Source of the DNA: Gammaproteobacteria bacterium
GTDB lineage: Bacteria > Pseudomonadota > Gammaproteobacteria > Eutrophobiales > Eutrophobiaceae
Direction: 5' to 3'
Length of the DNA: 64,000 nucleotides
NCBI GenBank assembly: GCA_965116495.1
Contig: OZ220696.1
Span: forward strand, 3,712,001-3,776,000
Part shown: positions 39,925-47,654 of the stretch, one piece after another
How the letters are laid out: each line of letters opens with the position of its first letter
Position numbering within the stretch: position 1 is the first letter of the stretch
Translations under genes and position numbers: made by a program
The notes under the pieces: model-generated
Told to the model about the DNA's origin: nothing
What the model saw: the letters and a program-made list of their open reading frames with translations, nothing else
The model's database searches: none

Positions 39925-40995
39925 GTGCCAGTGAGTATTTCTGAAAAATACCTGATGCAGCAGATCAGCGTGGGGTTGTTGATCGCGGCCGCGGTCCTGC
40001 TGCCGCTGTTCTGCTTCTTTGACCTGATTGAACAGATGGAGGATATCGGTGAAGGTTTTTACCGCGCGCAGGATGCGTTTTACATCGTCCTGTTGCTGTC
40101 GCCCAGGAGGTTGATTCAACTGCTCCCGTTTATTGCGCTGATCGGCAACGTGATTGCGCTCGGGAGGCTGGCGCTGAATTCGGAAATTATCGCCATGCGC
40201 GCGGCCGGGCTGTCACCGACGAGAATCAGCCTGGCATCCTTCAAGGTGGGCCTGTGCCTGTTGCTGTTGCTGGGGGTACTGGAGCAGTATGCCGCGCCGT
40301 ATATGCAGAACAAAGCCATCGCCCATCGTCTGGACGCCTTGAACCAGAGTGCGGAACTGGGTGCCGACCTGGGCATCTGGACACGGGATGAAAACCGGAT
40401 TTTGCGGCTTGGTGAGGCTATCCGCGCGGCCTACGTGGAGGACGTGGAGATTTTCACCCTGGATGAACAGGGTTTGCTCAGCAGCTACATCCATGCGCAG
40501 GACGCCGAGATAATCAGTAACGAAAAGTGGAGGTTGTACGACGTCACCATGAAAGAATTTACCGACACCCGGGTAAATACGACGTCTTCAGCGCGCATGA
40601 ACTGGCGCCCTTTTCTGAGTTCCGAGCAGGTTGACAAACTGACCAGACAGGCTGGAAGCCTGTCGCCGACGGATCTATACCGCCATATCCTTTACCTGAA
40701 GAAGACGGGCCAGCAACATGATGAGCTCTCACTGGCCTTCTGGCGGAAATTCGGCACCGGTCTGATCATGCTGGCCATGCTGCTGTTGTCGGTACCGTTT
40801 GTATTCGGATCGATTCGGACGGGCATCGGCTCGCGCCTGGTACTTGCCGGTATCACGGGGATCTGCGTGTACTTGCTGGACCAGATTTTATCCAACGCCG
40901 GATTATTGCTGAACATGAACCACGCACTGGTGGCGTTGTCACCCGGAATTGCGCTGATGCTGATAGGCCGCCTGTGGCTGGAGCGGGTGGCGTGA
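39925..40995 (+). CDS. lptG: LptG-family permease
   Basis: LLPFIALIG, LGRLALNSEIIAMRAAGLS, VPFVFGSIR. Confidence 0.9.
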   Translation: MPVSISEKYLMQQISVGLLIAAAVLLPLFCFFDLIEQMEDIGEGFYRAQDAFYIVLLLSPRRLIQLLPFIALIGNVIALGRLALNSEIIAMRAAGLSPTRISLASFKVGLCLLLLLGVLEQYAAPYMQNKAIAHRLDALNQSAELGADLGIWTRDENRILRLGEAIRAAYVEDVEIFTLDEQGLLSSYIHAQDAEIISNEKWRLYDVTMKEFTDTRVNTTSSARMNWRPFLSSEQVDKLTRQAGSLSPTDLYRHILYLKKTGQQHDELSLAFWRKFGTGLIMLAMLLLSVPFVFGSIRTGIGSRLVLAGITGICVYLLDQILSNAGLLLNMNHALVALSPGIALMLIGRLWLERVA

Positions 40996-41000
40996 AAGGC

Positions 41001-41174
41001 AATTAGGAATTACGAATTAGGAACAGGTGGACTACGTCTCTACGTGCCTCGGTTCGGCGTGCGAAAAACCTGAGGAGCATTGAAAAACCGTCGCCACAGG
41101 TGGCACATTCATTCCTAATTCCTAATTCGTAATTCGTAATTCCTAATTCCTAATTCGTAATTCCTAATTCGTAA
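41001..41174. repeat. Inverted heptamer tandem arrays (family F)
   Basis: AATTAGG/AATTACG x3 ... mixed TTCCTAA/TTCGTAA x9; supplies the stop of the downstream convergent gene. Confidence 0.9.
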
Positions 41175-42066
41175 CTATCCTCTCCCGATCCGGCTCGAAA
41201 TTCTGCGTTTCCCCGTTAAGGATAAATGACCTGATTGAGGTCAGCCAACCGTTCGAGGTCCTGGTTACCTGGTAAATATTGTAGCCTGCCCTTTTATCCG
41301 GGTTTTTGTAACTGGCGGAAGCGGACGGCACGCCGAACACCGGGATTGAGTGGGCGCCGGCCTCGAGTACTGCATGCAACTGGCGGTGCCCGTGACCGTG
41401 AACAATCAGTTCCGCGCCCGGTCCTGACAGGTTCGCCAGCAGCGCGTCCGCATCGGTTAGTCCGCGTCTGAAGCTTGATGATTGTGGACCGTGATGCAGT
41501 ACAACGATGCGGTATAAACCCCGTTGCGCGGTCGTTTCCAGCAGGTGGCTGAGGCGTCGCAACTGTTCATTGCCCAGTTTGCCGCTGGCGAGAAAGGGCG
41601 CCGTGGGTATTGCCGTTGACAGGCCGATGAGCGCCACCGGACCGCGCACCCGCAGGTAGGGAAAGGCGGCGGTGTTGTCGCGTTCACCCGGATCACCCTG
41701 CATATAGGCCCGCCAGCGTCCGGTCGTTTGGGCAAAATCGGTGGCCACGTACTGATCATGATTCCCCGGTATGATTGATACATCACGGGGCTGGCCGGCG
41801 CTGTTTAACCAGGCTTCGGTTTCCCGGCATTCATTTTCCGTGCCCAGGTGGGTAAAGTCGCCGCTGATGACCAGGTGGTCGGCCTGGTGCCGCGCCAGGT
41901 CTGCAAGAGTAAGGGACAGGACTTCCCTGCTGTGCGAGTCACGGCGCTTCAGTTTCCATGAAAGATACCCGAGAATTCGCTTGTTCAGCAAGTCCCACCA
42001 TTTGATGTGGTCCAGCGACGTCAGGTGGGGATCGGAAATGTGGGCAATCTTCAGGCTTGGATTCAC
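41164..42066 (-). CDS. Calcineurin-like metallophosphoesterase
   Basis: HISDPH, SGDFT, IPGNHD, LHH, HGHGH. Confidence 0.92.
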   Translation of the reverse strand: MNPSLKIAHISDPHLTSLDHIKWWDLLNKRILGYLSWKLKRRDSHSREVLSLTLADLARHQADHLVISGDFTHLGTENECRETEAWLNSAGQPRDVSIIPGNHDQYVATDFAQTTGRWRAYMQGDPGERDNTAAFPYLRVRGPVALIGLSTAIPTAPFLASGKLGNEQLRRLSHLLETTAQRGLYRIVVLHHGPQSSSFRRGLTDADALLANLSGPGAELIVHGHGHRQLHAVLEAGAHSIPVFGVPSASASYKNPDKRAGYNIYQVTRTSNGWLTSIRSFILNGETQNFEPDRERIVTN

Positions 42067-42131
42067 GTTGACGGGTTAAGAGTGTATTATCCGGGTAAAT
42101 ATTAGCACAGCACCCGGATTACAAGTTATAA

Positions 42132-42460
42132 AGCCCGCATTTCTCACCAGTCCGCTTGTTGTCACCGGATAGTTGTTTGCTGTCAATACGTTATGATAAC
42201 CTGCTCACAATGTCATCATTACAGACTGCGCTTGATGCGCCTTCGCTTGTCTTTTTGCCGCCAGCGGGCACGTGTTCATTGCGCCCATCCTTGGGCGCAT
42301 CAACTACGGCTATGCTTTCGGTCGCAGGCACCCGCTGGCGGCACAAATCTGCCAGGAGCAGATTTGGACGTCCGCAGGATGCCCGAAGGGTGTGCGCCAA
42401 GGAAGGCGCACATCTAAAATCCTGCGCGATCATCACATCAACTGGTGAGAAATGCGGGCT
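42132..42460. mobile_element. MITE family 2, 329-bp copy with nested family B repeat
   Basis: TIRs AGCCCGCATTTCTCACCAGT / ACTGGTGAGAAATGCGGGCT; shared core TTGTCTTTTTGCCG..GCTATGCTTTCGGTCGCAGGCACCCGCTG. Confidence 0.85.
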
Positions 42461-43627
42461 ATGAATGCGCATGTTCAAATCATCGGCGACAGCCGGACAA
42501 AGATATGGGGGATGACCGGCCGTGAAAGGCTGGTCCGTATGCTGGACAGGAGCGCCGGCGTGGAAATCACTGCTCCGGGGGAGAGATTGCCGTCCGGCGC
42601 GCCGGTCATTTTTCTCAGAGGAGATTACCTGTTCGATGCCCGGGTATTGCAGGCTGTTACGGGTCTGGACGGCGAGTTTGTCCTGTACAGGCAGGATGGC
42701 CGGACTGCCGTTGCCATCCGCACAAACGACCCTGACGAAAACATATTCAATCGTGACCATTACCCGGAAGCATTAGAAAGAATTAGGCTGGATGACCTGG
42801 TCAATCCGTACAACGAGCGGTTGAAAAAATATGAACAGGCCAAGGTCTGGCAGATTAAGCCTGACAACCGGGATTTTCTTGAGCAGGAGCTGTTCAGTGG
42901 TTCCTACAAAGGCGTAACCGACCTGGTGACCAAATGGGTCTGGCCCCTGCCCGCAAGGTGGGCGACAAAAATGTGTGCCAGGCTTGGTTTGAAACCGAAC
43001 CACGTGACCATATTCAGCCTGGTGCTGGCAATCCTGGCCGGCATTGCCTTCTGGTATGGGGAATACGCCGGCGGCCTGTTGCTGGGCTGGTTAATGACCT
43101 TCCTGGATACCGTGGACGGCAAGCTGGCCAGGGTGACGCTGACCTCGAGCCGTTTCGGTGACCTGCTGGACCATGGCCTGGACCTGGTACATCCGCCGCT
43201 CTGGTATGTTGCCTGGGGGGTGGGATTGGCCGCGCAGACGCCGTTGCCGGGGTCGTTGGCAATGCTGTTGTGGCTGATGTTCGGCGCGTATGTCTGTGGC
43301 CGTCTGTGTGAAGGAGTGTTTCAGCATTACATTGCCGATTTCTCTATCTTCATGTGGCGGCCTGTTGATTCACTGAGCCGCCTGATTACTGCCCGGCGTA
43401 ATCCGAATATGCTGATATTGACGGCCGCGGTGATGGCCGGGCGGCCCGACACCGGGCTGGTGCTCATCATCGCCTGGCACCTGCTGTCCACCCTGTTCCT
43501 GATCATCAGGCTCGCTGTTGCCTGGCAGGCGAGCCGGAACCAGGGGCCGCTGGAGAGTTGGCTGGAACGGGTCGGACCGGAAACCCGGCACAACAGGGTG
43601 GCTGTGAAGATGTTCAGGAAGCTCTGA
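42461..43627 (+). CDS. CDP-alcohol phosphatidyltransferase family (CpgA-like)
   Basis: SYKGVTDLVTKWVWP, PNHVT, FLDTVDGKLARVT..GDLLDHGLD (DGxxAR motif), ITARRNPN. Confidence 0.88.
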   Translation: MNAHVQIIGDSRTKIWGMTGRERLVRMLDRSAGVEITAPGERLPSGAPVIFLRGDYLFDARVLQAVTGLDGEFVLYRQDGRTAVAIRTNDPDENIFNRDHYPEALERIRLDDLVNPYNERLKKYEQAKVWQIKPDNRDFLEQELFSGSYKGVTDLVTKWVWPLPARWATKMCARLGLKPNHVTIFSLVLAILAGIAFWYGEYAGGLLLGWLMTFLDTVDGKLARVTLTSSRFGDLLDHGLDLVHPPLWYVAWGVGLAAQTPLPGSLAMLLWLMFGAYVCGRLCEGVFQHYIADFSIFMWRPVDSLSRLITARRNPNMLILTAAVMAGRPDTGLVLIIAWHLLSTLFLIIRLAVAWQASRNQGPLESWLERVGPETRHNRVAVKMFRKL

Positions 43628-43836
43628 TTAAGTCCGTCCGGGACTTGTCAGAACACGCACAAATCGGCGGGATAGCCGATTTGCACAACTTGTTGCCGCC
43701 TTGCGGCGAGCTACCAGGATGTAGCGAGTGAAAACAAAAATGCGATTTTTGTTTTGCTCCCAAAATCAATGACCTACAGTCATTGATTTTGACGGCACAT
43801 CCCTGTACTGTAGGAACCTCTGACTTAAGAGGTTCC
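43617..43836 (-). mobile_element. MITE family 1, inverted full-length copy
   Basis: Reverse complement of 20397-20618 element; provides the TGA stop of the upstream gene. Confidence 0.85.
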
Positions 43837-43841
43837 TGTAC

Positions 43842-44804
43842 ATGAGACGGTTTTCAGGCCCCGACGTCCCGCCGGCATTAACGGACGCCGTCGCACGCCA
43901 ATGTGCCGGGACCGTGCCGGATTCCTGTGCTGCCATCACCGACGCAATCAGGGAATCCTACGGTGCGGCGCTTGTGGGTGTCCTGTTGTATGGATCCTGC
44001 TCACGGGATGAGGCCGTGGAGGATGGCATCGTTGATATCTATGCCATTGTCGATGACTATCAATCTGTTTATGAAAAACGTTACCTGGCAACCCTGAATG
44101 ACTGGTTGCCGCCTAACGTGTTTTACCGGGAAATATCCAGCAACCACGGTTTGATCAGGATAAAACTGGCGCTGATCAGCCTGGCGGATTTCCGCGGCGG
44201 TATCCTGGACTGGTTCCATTCCTACCTGTGGGGGCGTTTTGCCCAGCCGGCGCGCATACTGTACGTGCGGGATGAAACGCTGCGCAACGAACTTCATGGA
44301 CTCATGGCGCAGGCCGTGCTGACCCTGCTCAGGGCATCGATTCCAGCCCTGGGGGAAAAGTCCGGGGATGCAGAGGCAATCTGGACCCGGGCCCTGGCGT
44401 TATCCTATTCCGCGGAATACCGGCCGGAACCCGGCACCAAGGCCGGCCAGCTGGTCAGGTCCGATCCGGCCGCTTACAGCGGGTTGCTGGAGGCCGCCTT
44501 GCCCGCGCTCGGCGCCAAGCTGCGCCGGCAGGGTGAAGATGATTACCTGTGCCTGGGCGATCGCGGTGACAGCAAGGCGGCATTGCGCCGCTGGCGCCTG
44601 CGCCGCTGGCAGGGGCGCGTGCTGTCCGTACTGAGGTTGATGAAGGCGACCCTGACCTTTCAAAACGGTGTGGATTATGCCGCCTGGAAGATAAACCGGC
44701 ATACCGGGGTCAGTATAGAAGTCACCCCGCAACTGCGCCGCCATCCCCTGTTGTTCGGCTGGCAGGTCTTCCGGCAACTGGTCAAACGGGGCATTATACA
44801 TTAA
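43842..44804 (+). CDS. Tam41/Mmp37-like nucleotidyltransferase (CpgC-like)
   Basis: LLYGSC..GIVDIYAIVDDY, LPPNVFY, WGRFAQP, LSYSAEYRPE. Confidence 0.6.
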   Translation: MRRFSGPDVPPALTDAVARQCAGTVPDSCAAITDAIRESYGAALVGVLLYGSCSRDEAVEDGIVDIYAIVDDYQSVYEKRYLATLNDWLPPNVFYREISSNHGLIRIKLALISLADFRGGILDWFHSYLWGRFAQPARILYVRDETLRNELHGLMAQAVLTLLRASIPALGEKSGDAEAIWTRALALSYSAEYRPEPGTKAGQLVRSDPAAYSGLLEAALPALGAKLRRQGEDDYLCLGDRGDSKAALRRWRLRRWQGRVLSVLRLMKATLTFQNGVDYAAWKINRHTGVSIEVTPQLRRHPLLFGWQVFRQLVKRGIIH

Positions 44805-44806
44805 CC

Positions 44807-45538
44807 ATGGAGACGGTGAAGAAAAAGCACCGGCCCAGCGTGGCGCTGGGATTGTGGATCATCAAGCGGGTGGAGCAGTTTCTGATCAGGCATTCCCTGG
44901 TCGGCGACACGCCTTTCCTGCCGTCCGCGGCCTTTGCCTGGGTGGAGACGCTGGAAGCCAACTGGCAGGTGATTCGCGCGGAGCTGGACCAGGTGTTGAA
45001 GACCCCGGAACGCATCCCGAATTTTCAGGATATATCGCCCGACCAGGCCAACATTACCCGGGATGACAAGTGGAAGTCGTATTTTCTTTACGGATACGGC
45101 TACAAAATGACCGACAACTGTGATCAGTGTCCCGAAACGACGCGTATTATCGAATCAATACCCGGTATGTTCACGGCTTTTTTTTCCGTCCTGGCGCCGG
45201 GCAAGCACATACCCAGGCATCGCGGACCTTACCGCGGCCTGCTGCGCTGTCACCTGGCGCTGGTCGTACCCCGGCCGCGGGAAGCGTGCTGGATAGAAGT
45301 GGGTGAGGAGACAACCACCTGGGAAGAGGGGCGCTGTATTGTTTTTGATGATACCTATAAACACCGGGTGGAGAACAACACCGACGGGGTCCGGGTGGTG
45401 CTGTTTCTCGACGTATTGCGCCCGTTAAGATTTCCCTGTTCACTCATCAACCGGATCATGCTGCAACTGATCCGGCTCTCGCCGTTCATCCAGGATGCCC
45501 GCCGCAACCAGGTGGCCTGGGAGAAGCGCCTGGGTTAA
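44807..45538 (+). CDS. Aspartyl/asparaginyl beta-hydroxylase family (LpxO-like) dioxygenase
   Basis: LEANWQVIRAE, WKSYFLYGYG, FSVLAPGKHIPRHRGPY, FDDTYKHRVEN. Confidence 0.9.
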   Translation: METVKKKHRPSVALGLWIIKRVEQFLIRHSLVGDTPFLPSAAFAWVETLEANWQVIRAELDQVLKTPERIPNFQDISPDQANITRDDKWKSYFLYGYGYKMTDNCDQCPETTRIIESIPGMFTAFFSVLAPGKHIPRHRGPYRGLLRCHLALVVPRPREACWIEVGEETTTWEEGRCIVFDDTYKHRVENNTDGVRVVLFLDVLRPLRFPCSLINRIMLQLIRLSPFIQDARRNQVAWEKRLG

Positions 45539-45545
45539 AGGAGAC

Positions 45546-45606
45546 GTAAATTTGGGACACCCATAAATTAACGAAAATTGTAAATTTATGGGTGTCCCAA
45601 ATTTAC
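45546..45606. repeat. Family A palindrome overlapping cofD stop codon
   Basis: GTAAATTTGGGACACCCATAAATT...AATTTATGGGTGTCCCAAATTTAC. Confidence 0.9.
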
Positions 45607-46550
45607 TGTTGGCTCAGCGCGAATTCAAGACAGGTTCCGGCCAGGGAAATCCGGTCTTGTATGGAGCGCATGATGGTGTTGGTGACCTTGACCCTGATTC
45701 CGAGTTTCTCTATGGCCCGGGTTTCCTGCTCATCAGCAGTGTCGATGACCAATCCGTCCAGGAAGTCAGCATAATAGTCTGCGATTGACAGGTTGCTTGC
45801 CGGCATACCAAGCTCTTTCATGATCTTGGCCGCGGGGCCTTTCAACGCCTTTCCGCCGATGATGGGTGAGACGGCGACGACGGGTGCTTTGACGGATTGC
45901 AGGCCGGTACGGATGCCCTCCAGGGACAGGATCGGGCCGATGCTGAGGAAGGGATTCGACGGGCACAGGATGATTGCGTCCGGTTCACGGCCGCTGAGCA
46001 GGGCGGCAAAGTCCGGGTGTGGACGGGCTTGGCCGGCGCCGCTGAACTCGACGGCCCTGACCCCGGGCCGGCAGCCCAGGCGCACGAAATAATCTTGGAA
46101 CGACAGGGTTCCCCGGTCGGTGACGATGAGCGTCTGCAACGGGTCGTCGGTCATAGGGATGATCCGGTGTGCCATGCCGAAACTCCGGCACAGTGCGCGG
46201 GTGACCCCGGCCAGCCCCAGGCCCTGTTTCAGTGCCCGGGTCCGGTACAGGTGGGTGGCAAGGTCTTTGTCGCCCAGTTTGAACCAGGCCGCTTCCTCAA
46301 AACCGGCAAGTGCCTCCATGAATGACCAGGTTTCGCCGGCGAGGCCCCAGCCCCGGTCCGGGTCCGCCACCCCGGCCAGCGTGTACATGACCGTGTCCAG
46401 GTCGGGTGAGATATGCAGCCCCAGGTGTTCAAAGTCGTCACCGGTATTGACCACGATGAGAAGGTCGTCCGGGCTGACGACCTTGCTGAGTCCATGGGCC
46501 AGTTTCGCACCGCCCACGCCGCCGCACAGGGACAGGATGGTTTTATTCAT
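45603..46550 (-). CDS. cofD: 2-phospho-L-lactate transferase (F420 biosynthesis)
   Basis: LCGGVGGAKL, VNTGDDFEHLGLHISPDLDTVMY, WFKLGDKDLATH, PSNPFLSIGPI, KGPAAK. Confidence 0.95.
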   Translation of the reverse strand: MNKTILSLCGGVGGAKLAHGLSKVVSPDDLLIVVNTGDDFEHLGLHISPDLDTVMYTLAGVADPDRGWGLAGETWSFMEALAGFEEAAWFKLGDKDLATHLYRTRALKQGLGLAGVTRALCRSFGMAHRIIPMTDDPLQTLIVTDRGTLSFQDYFVRLGCRPGVRAVEFSGAGQARPHPDFAALLSGREPDAIILCPSNPFLSIGPILSLEGIRTGLQSVKAPVVAVSPIIGGKALKGPAAKIMKELGMPASNLSIADYYADFLDGLVIDTADEQETRAIEKLGIRVKVTNTIMRSIQDRISLAGTCLEFALSQQ

Positions 46551-46639
46551 TGGAGAATTATTACATATAGGTGCCGGTATGACGCACTGGGTTCCGGCTT
46601 TCGCCGGGACGACGGGGCCTTCGCCGGGACGATGGTAAT

Positions 46640-47416
46640 TTATCTGAACAGGTCCTTGTCGGGGTCTCTTATCAGGGCGGATGCGTCACTGGCCGGGCCG
46701 CGCAGGTCCAGGCCGTGCACCAGTACCGCAGGTATCCCCTCGGCGCCCTGTCCCATAACCAGTGAGGCGGCGGCGGCAATCTCGTCCGCGATACCCACCT
46801 CGGTCACGCGCAACGGGGTTCCGTACAGGTCAGCCTCACCGCGCAGGTCCAGCAGGCAGGGCAGGCCGGCGCCGCCGATGGCGATGCCGGTCACGCCGTT
46901 GCGCCAGGCGCGCCCGGCGCTGTCGTTGATGATGATGCCGATGTTTACCTCCCGGGTCCGCCTGAATTCAGCGTGTATCTGCGCGGCGCTGGCATCGGGG
47001 TCCTCCGGCAGCAACAGGACTGTTTCCGAACCCGCGTGCTGCGGGATATTGGAATGGTCGATGCCAGCGTTGGCGTGGACGTAGCCCAGCTTGTGCTCAA
47101 CGATCAGGACATCCTGCCGGTACCTGACCACCCGTTTCGACTGGGCCAGTATCAGCTCGACCAGGCGCGGGTCCTTGTCCGTTTTCCCGGCCAGTTCCAC
47201 GGCCCGTTTCGAGGCTGTTATCCCGGCCAGGTCCACGTAGCGGTTCTCGGCCTTGGACACAACCTTCTGGGCGATGACCAGGATATCGCCTTCGGCAAGA
47301 GGCTGGGACTGCAGTTGCTCCAGCAGCAATTGCGCGAGGTCGGCGCCAGGCATGACTTCCGGCATGCCGTGGACGGGCAGCAGTCGTACTCCCTTGTTGG
47401 ATTTGTCGGTGTTCAT
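46640..47416 (-). CDS. cofE: Coenzyme F420-0:L-glutamate ligase
   Basis: AQKVVSKAE, ANAGIDHSN, LLPEDPDASA, DSAGRAWRNG, ADEIAAAASLVMGQ, DLFR. Confidence 0.95.
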   Translation of the reverse strand: MNTDKSNKGVRLLPVHGMPEVMPGADLAQLLLEQLQSQPLAEGDILVIAQKVVSKAENRYVDLAGITASKRAVELAGKTDKDPRLVELILAQSKRVVRYRQDVLIVEHKLGYVHANAGIDHSNIPQHAGSETVLLLPEDPDASAAQIHAEFRRTREVNIGIIINDSAGRAWRNGVTGIAIGGAGLPCLLDLRGEADLYGTPLRVTEVGIADEIAAAASLVMGQGAEGIPAVLVHGLDLRGPASDASALIRDPDKDLFR

Positions 47417-47455
47417 AGTAGTGTTCCAAGAAGCGTTCCGGCGTATATTTTCGTC

Positions 47456-47546
47456 GTCATTCCGGCGTACACCGGAATCCAGTGAACAATGAGTCGCCTA
47501 AGGCGACACAATATCATACTGGATACCGGGTCAAGCCCGGTATGAC
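47456..47546. repeat. Family E REP doublet with central GTCGCC..GGCGAC hairpin
   Basis: GTCATTCCGGCGTACACCGGAATCCAG...CTGGATACCGGGTCAAGCCCGGTATGAC. Confidence 0.8.
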
Positions 47547-47654
47547 GGTAAAGGCCCCGTTAAAGGCCCCGTATGACAGCAAAACTTCGTCACGCTATAA
47601 TGGACGTCTCTGACGCCTTACGGGCGACTTTCAGAACTGTCCCATATGTGAATC

